Part shown: positions 25,416-34,677 of the stretch, piece by piece
Numbering within the stretch: the stretch's first letter is position 1
How the letters are laid out: every line of letters begins with the position of its first letter
Origin: a virus
Reading direction: 5' to 3' (one strand)
DNA length: 64,000 nt
Virus record (IMG/VR): IMGVR_UViG_3300046542_000168
Coordinates: 32,001-96,000 of that record
The notes under the pieces: model-generated
Seen by the model: the letters and a program-made list of their open reading frames with translations, nothing else
The model's database searches: none
Told to the model about the DNA's origin: nothing
Program-made: the position numbers and the translations under genes

Positions 25416-25850
25416 ATGGCTGCAACAACTGAAGAAAAGATTGCTTTTATCAAGCTCCGTATCGGTGATGTAACTAGTAACCCTATCTTCCCTATGTTTA
25501 CCGATGAAGAGTACACAGTTGTACTTGATGGGAACAGTGGGAACATTGAACGAACTACCCGCATGATGGCTATCAGTGCCACGATGATTGTTGGCTCTGT
25601 TAGCACTAGGGAAATGGTTGGTGACATCGAAGTACAGAACGTCTTCGCTACGAACTACCTGAAAGCCCTGGACTACCTGATTAACGATCCGATGACCCGC
25701 ATTCCAGCGAACCTAATGCCGTGGGTAGCAGGTATGGATAGCCAACCAACTAAGTTGGAACAGGCTTCCGACCTATCTTGTGGATGCCGCAACGGCCTAA
25801 CATTCGGCGGATATCAGTCAAGTTATCACCTCTGCACTTGCGGAGGTTGA
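25416..25850 (+). CDS. Head-tail adaptor
   Basis: IKLRIGD...FTDEEY motif; position. Confidence 0.7.
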   Translation: MAATTEEKIAFIKLRIGDVTSNPIFPMFTDEEYTVVLDGNSGNIERTTRMMAISATMIVGSVSTREMVGDIEVQNVFATNYLKALDYLINDPMTRIPANLMPWVAGMDSQPTKLEQASDLSCGCRNGLTFGGYQSSYHLCTCGG

Positions 25851-25851
25851 T

Positions 25852-26241
25852 ATGGCCGATCTATTCGACCGACTGAGGAAGACAGTTGTTAAGCAACTGG
25901 CTCCCCGCTCTGTTGGTGGTAAGGGTATGGCTGGACTCCTTATTCGTAAGGAACGCACTTACAACCCCGATACTGACATGAACGAAGTGGTTGATACCAC
26001 TTACGACATCTCCGGCCTCAAGGCTACTTACAAGCTCCACTACGTCGATGGCTCGCTTATCCGTATGAGCGATGTGAAGTTCGATCTTAGTCCGTCGCTG
26101 TTAGATGGCACCGTATGCCCTACCCCAACTACTTCCGATCAGATTCAACTTGATGGAAAGGTTTACACCGTCGTCACAGTTGCTAACTGGAATGGTGCTG
26201 GTGATGACCTGGGCTGGGTCTTGCAACTGAGGACAGCCTAA
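25852..26241 (+). CDS. Head closure protein
   Basis: YNPDT, VDGSLI...D.K motifs; position. Confidence 0.7.
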   Translation: MADLFDRLRKTVVKQLAPRSVGGKGMAGLLIRKERTYNPDTDMNEVVDTTYDISGLKATYKLHYVDGSLIRMSDVKFDLSPSLLDGTVCPTPTTSDQIQLDGKVYTVVTVANWNGAGDDLGWVLQLRTA

Positions 26242-26660
26242 TGGCTAATGGATTCGACTCTTTCACAAAAGACCTCGAAGGCTTTGTTAAGCGTACAGAG
26301 AAGGCTCTGACAGATTCATTCAGAGAGTTGGTAGTAGAGATTGGTGCAACAGTAATCAAGTTCTCTCCAGTCCTTACAGGCCGCTTTAAAGGCAACTGGC
26401 AGATGACTGTCGGTTCACCTTCGACCCACAGTGTACCTAACTACGATCCTGAAGGGGCAGCAACACTCGCTCAACTCAAGATCATGGCTTCAACACTTAC
26501 TCCAGGCGAGATTGCTTACATCGTCAATAACCTCTCCTACGCCTATAAGGTCGAAGTTGAAGGTTGGAAAGTTACACCCGCCTATCAGCCAGTGCTACGC
26601 ACATACGCAGAGTTTGATGCTCTTGCGAATGAGGCAGTACTAAGGAACAGGGTGGGCTAA
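26241..26660 (+). CDS. Neck/tail completion protein (HK97 gp10-like)
   Basis: SPVLTGRFKGNW, NNLSYA..VE.G. Confidence 0.8.
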   Translation: MANGFDSFTKDLEGFVKRTEKALTDSFRELVVEIGATVIKFSPVLTGRFKGNWQMTVGSPSTHSVPNYDPEGAATLAQLKIMASTLTPGEIAYIVNNLSYAYKVEVEGWKVTPAYQPVLRTYAEFDALANEAVLRNRVG

Positions 26661-27070
26661 TGAGCGATAGTAAAATTCGCAAAGCTTTTAACGACATCGT
26701 TCGAGGATATGGAACTTCGAAAGGTTGGGTAGTTGTTATTGAGAACTCAGTAGCCACGCCGCCGCCTAATCAACCATATCTGAAAACAACACTTGGCCCA
26801 TCTACACCTAGGGCCAGTACTTTAGCAGGTGATGGCAAGACTTACCGTGGAGCATTCCAGGTGATGGTTGTTGTTCCTGCTGGAGAAGGAACAGGACGTG
26901 TCACGACCATCATTGATGAGTTGCAGGAACTCTTCCCGCTCTATGGGCGAGTAAGTTACGGCACTAATGAAGCCGTGATTATGACGCCGATTCAAACATT
27001 AATGGGCATTACAGATGGTGGAAATTACTCCACCCCAGTCTCTTTTACCTACCGCTCTGATACAAACTAA
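26660..27070 (+). CDS. Tail terminator protein
   Basis: YRGAFQV.VVVPAGEG motif; position. Confidence 0.78.
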   Translation: MSDSKIRKAFNDIVRGYGTSKGWVVVIENSVATPPPNQPYLKTTLGPSTPRASTLAGDGKTYRGAFQVMVVVPAGEGTGRVTTIIDELQELFPLYGRVSYGTNEAVIMTPIQTLMGITDGGNYSTPVSFTYRSDTN

Positions 27071-27084
27071 CGAGGAAACTCAAT

Positions 27085-27726
27085 ATGGCATATGCATTGC
27101 CGAACGGCAGCACCTTCGACGTGGCAAGTGTCCTTGCTGCTGCGAAACCAATTACAACCATCACTAACGCTACTACCCCGCTAGTTACATCGACAGCTCA
27201 CGGTCTTCTGACTGGTGATTATGTTGTCGTTACATCGGGCTGGTCGAAGCTAAACAACCGCGTTTTCCGTATCACAATCGGTACTGCAAACGACTTCACA
27301 CTTCAGGGTGTAGATACTACTTCTACTGCCAACTTCCCTGCTGGCCAGGGTGTAGGTACATACCAGAAAGTGACTACCTGGGTAAACATCCCACAGATCA
27401 CTGAAGTATCGTTCTCTGGTGGTGAGCAACAATTCATTAACTTCGCCTTCCTTGAAGATGTTGATGAGAAGCAGATGCCAACAAGTAAGTCGGCTATCTC
27501 GATGTCACTGACTGTAGCGGATGACCCATCCCTTCCATACGTGACTATTGTTGAAGCTGCGGACGTTGACCTGAAACCTCGCCCAGTTCGCCTTAACCTA
27601 GTCTCTGGCTCGGTAATGGCTTACAACGCGATTGTCAGCATCACTGCAACTCCGACTGTTACCCGCGATGAACTGATGACCCGTGTTATCACCCTCTCGC
27701 TGCAAGCACGTCCAACACGTCTGTAA
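27085..27726 (+). CDS. Major tail tube protein
   Basis: T1/lambdoid tail tube pattern; precedes terminator and chaperone genes. Confidence 0.88.
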   Translation: MAYALPNGSTFDVASVLAAAKPITTITNATTPLVTSTAHGLLTGDYVVVTSGWSKLNNRVFRITIGTANDFTLQGVDTTSTANFPAGQGVGTYQKVTTWVNIPQITEVSFSGGEQQFINFAFLEDVDEKQMPTSKSAISMSLTVADDPSLPYVTIVEAADVDLKPRPVRLNLVSGSVMAYNAIVSITATPTVTRDELMTRVITLSLQARPTRL

Positions 27727-27733
27727 GGACATA

Positions 27734-27756
27734 GCCGCCCTTCGGGGCGGCATTTT
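27734..27756 (+). terminator. Terminator after the tail tube gene
   Basis: GCCGCCC-TTCG-GGGCGGC-ATTTT. Confidence 0.75.
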
Positions 27757-27776
27757 ATAACAAGGAAAAAGTTATA

Positions 27777-28154
27777 ATGGCTAAATTTAAGATTGCCCAG
27801 AATCCAACATTCACTACTACCGTATCTATTCCACGGGTTGGTGGTGATCCGATTGATGTACCGTTCACATTTCGCAACCTAGGCCGTACCCAGCTCGCTG
27901 CTGTTTACGACAAGTGGAGCGATGCAGCTAGCCAATTCTCGCTAGATGACGATGACATTACATTTACATCGCTGGCTGATGCCGACAAGACCGTCCAGGC
28001 ACAGCAAATTAAAGATATCGTGCTGAGCTGGGGATTCGAAGATGACTTCAATGAAGAAAACATCCTCGCCCTTTGCGACACATGCACCCTTGCTGCACAG
28101 GCTATTGTTGAAGCGTACCGTAAAGAGTATGCCGAGGCCCGCCTAAAAAACTAA
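27777..28154 (+). CDS. Tail assembly chaperone (gpG-like)
   Basis: AQNPTF...V.IPRVGG; ends EARLKN at the slippery site. Confidence 0.88.
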   Translation: MAKFKIAQNPTFTTTVSIPRVGGDPIDVPFTFRNLGRTQLAAVYDKWSDAASQFSLDDDDITFTSLADADKTVQAQQIKDIVLSWGFEDDFNEENILALCDTCTLAAQAIVEAYRKEYAEARLKN

Positions 28155-28471
28155 GAAGCGCCGCCCGTGCGCTATACGACAGAGCCCCAGACGCTAACAA
28201 GATGGCGGCCTGGGGCTTTTCTATGGGCGACTTGCTAGAAGAAGAGATTGAACTATGGCCAGACTGTTGGCCTGCATTCCTTATCTTCGAAGCAATGTCC
28301 ACTCAATGGAGAGTCGGTATGGGCGGTGCTATCGGTCTTGACTATCAGGCCCTTCCCGTCGTTGTGAAGTACCTCGAAGTCGATGAACAAGATATGCCCC
28401 TGGCGTTTAATGACATTCGCGTAATGGAAGCGGAAGCTCTGAAGAAGATGGCCGAGGGGAGAGATAAGTAA
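28145..28471 (+). CDS. gpGT-like -1 frameshift extension of the chaperone
   Basis: A AAA AAC at 28145-28151; the -1 frame is open into 28202-28471 (STQWRVGMGG..GLDY). Confidence 0.85.
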   Translation, partial: KKLRSAARALYDRAPDANKMAAWGFSMGDLLEEEIELWPDCWPAFLIFEAMSTQWRVGMGGAIGLDYQALPVVVKYLEVDEQDMPLAFNDIRVMEAEALKKMAEGRDK

Positions 28472-28485
28472 GACTTGGAGACACA

Positions 28486-31400
28486 ATGACATATATTGCT
28501 AATTTGCAAATCAAGGTTGACTCCACGGAAGTTGAATCAGCCACAGATAAACTTCATGAACTGATCCAGGCTTCTAAGGGCCTGGGCAACAGTCCTCTCT
28601 CGAAACCACTTCCCCCTGTTAAGCCGCCTCCACAGCCGAAGCAACCTAAGAGTAGTCCAGATGATAAGTCTGCTGATAAGCTCCTGGCTCAGATTGATAA
28701 ACAGACCGGTAGCCTACAGAAACTGACTAAGCAGCAGTCCATGCTTAATCAGGCCCGTGATGCTGGTACTGTATCTGATGATAGCTTTGCTAAATACAAT
28801 CAGATTATCGAGACAAACAAGAAGGCAGTACTCGACCGGGGTAATGTTGTAGAGCAAGCCAGCAAGAAGGAAATCGCTGCTGAGCAAGCCCGCCTCGATG
28901 CGTGGTACAAAAGTGCTGATGGACGTAAAACGGTTGACTCAGAGTATCTAGACTCACTTGCAAAAGGCTCCCAGGCTCGCCAGAAGAGAGTTGCGGAAGA
29001 AGATGCCAGCGAGCGTCAGCGCCTTGATAGCTGGTTCGCTAACGCGGACAAACAAAAGAAGGCCGAAGCTAAGGATATTGAAGACCGGCATTCAGCTCTT
29101 GCAACAGCTTCGAAAGATCGAATTAAACAAGAAGCGGCTGCTCAAAAAGCCCGTGATGCTATTGACAAAGCGAAAAAGGATAGTACACTTGCGGCATCTA
29201 AAGCAGATGATGATGCAGCCGCAAAAGCTGAACTAGCCTCGAAGAAACGTCAGAAGGCGTTGGACGATGAGGCTAAAGGTTTACAGAACCTTCTAGCAGC
29301 AATTGACCCTGTTACAAAAGAGCGTCAACGCCTCGCTAAGCTAGAAGCTGAGTTAGAGAAAAATTACAGTAGCGGTAAAATCACTGAGCAACAACGCGGC
29401 CAATACCAGTCGGTAATTGACGAAGCTCGGCAGAAGACTGACCGCTATAAAAACTCCCTAGGCCGAACTGCCCTGACTGCTAAGCAGCTTCAGATGGCAC
29501 AAGCTGGCCTCCCCGCTCAGTTTACTGACATTGCTGTTTCCCTTCAGGGTGGACAAGCGCCGCTAACTGTCTTCCTGCAACAGGGCGGGCAGATTAAGGA
29601 CATGTTCGGTGGAACAGTCCCTGCAATTAAGGGTGTTACATCGGCATTTGTCGGTCTGATTAATCCTATTACTATCCTCGGCGCCACGGTCCTAGCACTT
29701 GGCGGTATCTGGTATGACGCTGAGCGCCGGATGTCTGCTCTCAATGCGGCCATCTATAAAGGCAATGAATTGGTCGGAACTTCTAAGTTCGGGCTTGAGG
29801 TAATTGCTGAAGGTGCAACTGTTGCTGGCAACTCTGTTGCTGAAGCTCAAGAGGCCATCACGGCCCTGGCTGCAACTGGTGAAGTATCCTCTAGCCGTCT
29901 CGCTAACTTCGGTAAGGCCGCTCAGGCTATCGCTGTAACGTCTGGTAAAGACATTAGTGCAGTAGCTGAAGAGATGGCAACCCTGGGCGACACGGCCACA
30001 GAGAAGGCTGAGAAGCTTAGTGAGAAGTACGCGATTGTAACTGCTGAACAGTATGAAACAATCCGTGCCCTGGAGAAGAAAGGCGAAACTGAAGAGGCAA
30101 TGGACGTACTTAGTTCAAGCCTCGCAGGAAACGCTCAGGAACGCTTGCAGCGCTACCGTGACTCCCTCTCCGACCTCGAAAGAGATTGGATGGATGTTAA
30201 GACCGCGATCAGCAATGCCTATGGCGCAGTTCGTGCGGAACTCTTCCCCGACCTCAACGATGAGATTACCCAACTTCAGCGTATTATCAAGACGCGGAAA
30301 GAAGGTGGTGTAACTGGCACTATCTCTAGCTTCCTCGGCTTCGGTGATAATTCAGACGAAGCTCTGAGCCAGCAACTACAGTCGCTAATTAATCGCAGAG
30401 ACTTTAAGAACAAGTATGATGCGGAAGTTGCTCGCCGCAATCAGGCCAACAAAGAAGTAGTTGAGTCTGAGAAAAAGCTATTCAAGGATCTTGAGAAAGC
30501 TGGCAAGACCGTCAAGAAGAACGAATACCTTGAAGACCTCAATAAGGAATTCGATTCTCTTGTTGAGAATGCTAAGACTCTTAAAACTATCCCTAAACTG
30601 CTGGAAGGCGTCACATGGACGACAGAAGGTGGATACAAGGGTGGTGCCTACGATACCCTGAAAGCTGAAGCTGAGCGTAAGTTTAAAGAGAAACAGCCTA
30701 AAACTCCTAAGTCCGCTATCCTAGATAACACTGACGCTAACGAGTTCCAGAATCAAGTTAACGAAGTTAAAGCCCGCTATAAGTCGATGAATGAGGACAT
30801 CATTCAGGCACAGAACGCTGGCACAATTTCAATGGCTGCTGGTGTAACTAAGCGTAAAGCTCTACTGGAGCAAGAAGCTACCCAGGTTAAAGATGCCTAT
30901 GAGAAGCAGATTGCTTCCCTTGAGGCATTGAAGGGCAGTAAGAACATCTCTGCCAATCAGGTTATCTCGATTGATCGTCAGATTGCTGATGCTCGCTCGA
31001 AGATGGTTGTTGCCCAGGAAGAGTCTGAGAAGCAACTGAAGAAGCTTGCCGGTGATGAAGAGACTCGCCTTAAAAAGCAGAGTCAAGCAATCTCCGCATA
31101 CGCTGAAAACCTCAATCAGATGGTGAAGAACCTCGAAGTTGCTGGCCAGCGTCAACGTGCTGCTCTATCAATGAGCAGTGGGCAGGCCGGACTTCAGGAC
31201 CAACTTAGCTCGGAAGATGACCGTTACAACGAAGAGCAACGTACTCTTACCCTGCAACTGGGTGAGGCTGGACGCGACCAGACTGAAGTAATTGCTAACT
31301 TGCGGGCTTCTGCTGCCGCTCACACTGCTATGAAAAAGCAGATCGTTACCAACTACGAAGAGATGAAAGCCGCCCAGGCTGATTGGGGAGCCGGTGTTAG

Positions 31401-32097
31401 TAGCGCCTTCCACCAATATATCGAAGACGGTCAGAACTACGCTCAGATGACGAATCAGGCGTTCACAAGTGCCTTTACAGGTATGGAAGACGCACTGGTT
31501 AACTTCGTTACAACTGGCAAGCTCTCCTTCGCTGACCTAACTAAATCCATCCTCGCTGATATGGCACGTATTGCTGTCCGCATTGCTGCGTCTAGAGCGC
31601 TTATGGCGATCTTCCAGGTATGGGGTGGACCTAAGACTGCTGATACGGCTTCGATGAACAGTGCTACAGCTTATGGCGACGGCATCGCAGCGGCGAAAGG
31701 TGCGGCCTTCGACGGCGGTACTCAGTACTTCGCTAAAGGCGGATCGTTCACCAACTCAATCGTAAGTAAGCCTACATCGTTCGCTACCAACAAGAGCAAC
31801 AACAATGTAATGGGTGAAGCTGGGCCAGAGGCGATTATGCCGCTGACTCGCTCTGCCGATGGTTCGTTGGGTGTTCGTGCTTCGGTCGATGTATCTGGCC
31901 TACAGCAAGGTGGAGGAAGTGGTGTACAGGTTTACATCACTGTTGACGGTCAAGGGAATACGAAAAGCTCAGCTACTGATTCTGGCTACTCGTCGTTCGG
32001 TAATGATGTTGGTCAGTTTGTTGACCAGCGTTATAAGCAACTCATCAGCAAAGACCTACAACCCGGTGGCGACATCTGGAAGTCAATGCAATCTTAA
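28486..32097 (+). CDS. Tape measure protein
   Basis: 1203-aa helical protein; LPAQFTDIAVSLQGGQ, lambda-type C-terminus, MGEAGPEAIMPL. Confidence 0.95.
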   Translation: MTYIANLQIKVDSTEVESATDKLHELIQASKGLGNSPLSKPLPPVKPPPQPKQPKSSPDDKSADKLLAQIDKQTGSLQKLTKQQSMLNQARDAGTVSDDSFAKYNQIIETNKKAVLDRGNVVEQASKKEIAAEQARLDAWYKSADGRKTVDSEYLDSLAKGSQARQKRVAEEDASERQRLDSWFANADKQKKAEAKDIEDRHSALATASKDRIKQEAAAQKARDAIDKAKKDSTLAASKADDDAAAKAELASKKRQKALDDEAKGLQNLLAAIDPVTKERQRLAKLEAELEKNYSSGKITEQQRGQYQSVIDEARQKTDRYKNSLGRTALTAKQLQMAQAGLPAQFTDIAVSLQGGQAPLTVFLQQGGQIKDMFGGTVPAIKGVTSAFVGLINPITILGATVLALGGIWYDAERRMSALNAAIYKGNELVGTSKFGLEVIAEGATVAGNSVAEAQEAITALAATGEVSSSRLANFGKAAQAIAVTSGKDISAVAEEMATLGDTATEKAEKLSEKYAIVTAEQYETIRALEKKGETEEAMDVLSSSLAGNAQERLQRYRDSLSDLERDWMDVKTAISNAYGAVRAELFPDLNDEITQLQRIIKTRKEGGVTGTISSFLGFGDNSDEALSQQLQSLINRRDFKNKYDAEVARRNQANKEVVESEKKLFKDLEKAGKTVKKNEYLEDLNKEFDSLVENAKTLKTIPKLLEGVTWTTEGGYKGGAYDTLKAEAERKFKEKQPKTPKSAILDNTDANEFQNQVNEVKARYKSMNEDIIQAQNAGTISMAAGVTKRKALLEQEATQVKDAYEKQIASLEALKGSKNISANQVISIDRQIADARSKMVVAQEESEKQLKKLAGDEETRLKKQSQAISAYAENLNQMVKNLEVAGQRQRAALSMSSGQAGLQDQLSSEDDRYNEEQRTLTLQLGEAGRDQTEVIANLRASAAAHTAMKKQIVTNYEEMKAAQADWGAGVSSAFHQYIEDGQNYAQMTNQAFTSAFTGMEDALVNFVTTGKLSFADLTKSILADMARIAVRIAASRALMAIFQVWGGPKTADTASMNSATAYGDGIAAAKGAAFDGGTQYFAKGGSFTNSIVSKPTSFATNKSNNNVMGEAGPEAIMPLTRSADGSLGVRASVDVSGLQQGGGSGVQVYITVDGQGNTKSSATDSGYSSFGNDVGQFVDQRYKQLISKDLQPGGDIWKSMQS

Positions 32098-32138
32098 AAT
32101 AGGGGGCTCTCGGGCCCCTTATTCTTTCAAGGGTAGTT

Positions 32139-32477
32139 ATGGCAACTTCAACATTCACTTGGGTAGTAAGTACCCAGGCCACATCAACTATGGGCTACAC
32201 CATCCGTTCTGCACAGTTCGGTGATGGGTATAGTCAAGATGTTGGTGAAGGCGTAAACAATAAAACTGAATCCTGGGAAGTCTCGTTTACCGGCAGTGAC
32301 ACTGAAGTGCTTGCCATTATGAGCTTCCTCGATTCCATGGCTGGATACAAGTCCTTCTTCTGGACAAATCCACTCGGCCAACTCGGCCTGTATAAGTGTA
32401 AAGACCCTAAGCCTACAGAACTAGGTGGGAATACTTTCAGCTTCTCAGGCACATTCACTAAAGCATACGCAGCTTAA
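32139..32477 (+). CDS. Minor tail protein M (distal tail)
   Basis: QFGDGYSQ, FLD..AG.KSF.WT.P. Confidence 0.9.
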   Translation: MATSTFTWVVSTQATSTMGYTIRSAQFGDGYSQDVGEGVNNKTESWEVSFTGSDTEVLAIMSFLDSMAGYKSFFWTNPLGQLGLYKCKDPKPTELGGNTFSFSGTFTKAYAA

Positions 32478-32489
32478 CTAGGAGGGCCA

Positions 32490-33221
32490 ATGCCGATCAA
32501 GTTAGACGTGCAGAAGCTCGAACCGGGGCAACGTGTCCGGCTAGTCGAAGTTGACTGTACAGAATTTAATGGTCCTGTGATGCACTTCCATAACTACAAT
32601 GTGGAGTACACTCAGGCAGAACTTCTAGCGGCTCAAACTGCTGGAACAGAACTAACCCCAAAGAAAATTACGTGGAAGGGTCAAGCATATGATTGCTGGC
32701 CTTACGATATTGACGGGATCGAACTAGATGGTACTGGTTCAACCGCATCTCCTAACCTGACAGTCGCTAACGTTGATTCAACTATTAGCTCGCTCTGTCT
32801 GGCTCTCAATGACCTTGCACAAGCCAAGGTAACAATTCACATCACCTTCCAGCATTATCTAGATGGTGAGCCTGGGGCAGACCCGACACAAGAGTTTACT
32901 CAAGTCTGGTATATCGACCGCAAGACTAATGAAGATAACGTTTCCATCTCTTGGAGCCTATCTAACCCAGCGGACACTACAGGCAAACTTATCCCTGCTC
33001 GCCAGATCCACGGTATCTGCTATTGGATGTTGCAGGGACAATACCGTGGTGCTGATTGCGGATATACCGGCACAGCATACTTCGATGCTGACGGGAACTC
33101 AGTAGCTAACCCAGCCCTGGACAGACCATCTGGTCTTCTATCCACATGCTGCAAGGTACGCTTCGGTGCAAGTAACCCCCTCCCCTTCGGTGGTTTTCCT
33201 GCATCAGCACTTATGAACTAA
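32490..33221 (+). CDS. Minor tail protein L
   Basis: P.LTVAN, C.W...QYRGADCGYTG, FGGFP. Confidence 0.92.
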   Translation: MPIKLDVQKLEPGQRVRLVEVDCTEFNGPVMHFHNYNVEYTQAELLAAQTAGTELTPKKITWKGQAYDCWPYDIDGIELDGTGSTASPNLTVANVDSTISSLCLALNDLAQAKVTIHITFQHYLDGEPGADPTQEFTQVWYIDRKTNEDNVSISWSLSNPADTTGKLIPARQIHGICYWMLQGQYRGADCGYTGTAYFDADGNSVANPALDRPSGLLSTCCKVRFGASNPLPFGGFPASALMN

Positions 33222-33229
33222 GGAAATAC

Positions 33230-34051
33230 ATGGAAGTATTTGATAACGAGAATTTGCGTGAGGATATTCGTCGTCACGCAGCCAGGGAATATCCACGGGA
33301 AAGCTGTGGCGTCATCGTGAGTATTCAAGGCGTACCTCAGTACTTCCCTTGCAAGAATATCTCTGAAGATCCTACGCAAGAGTTCCAGATGTGCCCAGAG
33401 GATATGACTGATGCTATGGACCTGGGAGAACTGGAGGCCATTGTGCATTCACACCCAGACGCCACAAGCCAGCCTAGCACTTTCGACCTGGCCTTCATGG
33501 AGCGCTATTACGCTCTTGAGCGCCTTCTAGACCCTGACGCACTACCTACTCCATGGATCATCGTATCGTGGCCTGACGGAGACTTCAGGCAGGTTGTAGC
33601 CCAGGGCGGCGTACCTCTCACCGGAAGAGAGTTTGTTCATGGCCTACATGACTGCTGGCAATGCTGTGCAGATTATTACCATCGGACATCCGGCCTCACC
33701 TTCCCCAACTTCGAACGTGAAGATAATTGGTGGGAGAATAAAGAGGGAGTGTCGCACTATGAAGACAACTTCCTTTCTTGCGGATTCTATAAAGTACCGC
33801 TAGACGAAATTAAAGTAGGTGATCTAATAGTAATGCAAATAGGGCGAACTTATCACCCTAACCACGCAGCTATCTACCTCGGCAATACACCAAAGCTTCC
33901 TGATGAAGAGTTGGATGTATTCGGTCAAGGGCCATTCATCCTACACCATATGTATGCACGAAAATCTGCCGTTGAAATCTACGGCGGACAGTGGCTACAC
34001 CGTACATCATTTGTTTTAAGGCACAAAGATTATGTCGGAGAGACTAGTTAA
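33230..34051 (+). CDS. Tail assembly protein K (JAB + NlpC/P60)
   Basis: YPRESCG, HSHPD, DCW, NHAAIY. Confidence 0.92.
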   Translation: MEVFDNENLREDIRRHAAREYPRESCGVIVSIQGVPQYFPCKNISEDPTQEFQMCPEDMTDAMDLGELEAIVHSHPDATSQPSTFDLAFMERYYALERLLDPDALPTPWIIVSWPDGDFRQVVAQGGVPLTGREFVHGLHDCWQCCADYYHRTSGLTFPNFEREDNWWENKEGVSHYEDNFLSCGFYKVPLDEIKVGDLIVMQIGRTYHPNHAAIYLGNTPKLPDEELDVFGQGPFILHHMYARKSAVEIYGGQWLHRTSFVLRHKDYVGETS

Positions 34052-34667
34052 AGTAAAACTCTACGGCCACTTGCGAAAGTTCGGGCGAGAGTTCGAAGTA
34101 TCTGTTAAGAGCCCAGCGGAAGCTGTACACGCACTTAGTGTGATGCTTCCAGGCTTCAAGCACTTCATTGAAACATCAGAACATCGTGGAATGGCCTTTG
34201 CTATTTTCAATGGCAAAAGGAATATCACTGAGGAAGAACTTACGCTAGGTGCGAAAGACGAGATTCGTATTGCCCCTGTGTATGGTGGCCGTAAGAACAG
34301 TGGTGGCTTCGCCGTAGTTGTTGGTATCGCTCTGATGGCCATTGCCACAGTTATGACTGGTGGTATTGCTGGCCTTGCTTCAGCGGGTGCTTGGGGTGCT
34401 GCCCTGGGTGGTACTGGTGGAGCCTTCGCGGGTGCTATCGCTATGACAGGCTTCGCGATGGCAGTTGGTGGAGTCATTCAAATGCTCACCCCTACAGCTA
34501 ACACTGGCTTGAAGACAAGTAGCGATAGCGAGAACACATCGGCCTACGCATTCGGCGGGCCAGTTAACACCACAGCACAAGGCACACCAGTCGGCCTCCT
34601 ATATGGAGAGCGAGAAATTGGTGGGGCAGTGATTTCAGCCGGAATCTTCGCAGAGGACCGGACGTAA
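34032..34667 (+). CDS. Tail assembly protein I
   Basis: VKLYG.L..FGR, FGGPVNTTAQG.PV.LLYGE. Confidence 0.92.
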   Translation: MSERLVKVKLYGHLRKFGREFEVSVKSPAEAVHALSVMLPGFKHFIETSEHRGMAFAIFNGKRNITEEELTLGAKDEIRIAPVYGGRKNSGGFAVVVGIALMAIATVMTGGIAGLASAGAWGAALGGTGGAFAGAIAMTGFAMAVGGVIQMLTPTANTGLKTSSDSENTSAYAFGGPVNTTAQGTPVGLLYGEREIGGAVISAGIFAEDRT

Positions 34668-34677
34668 GAGGAATATA

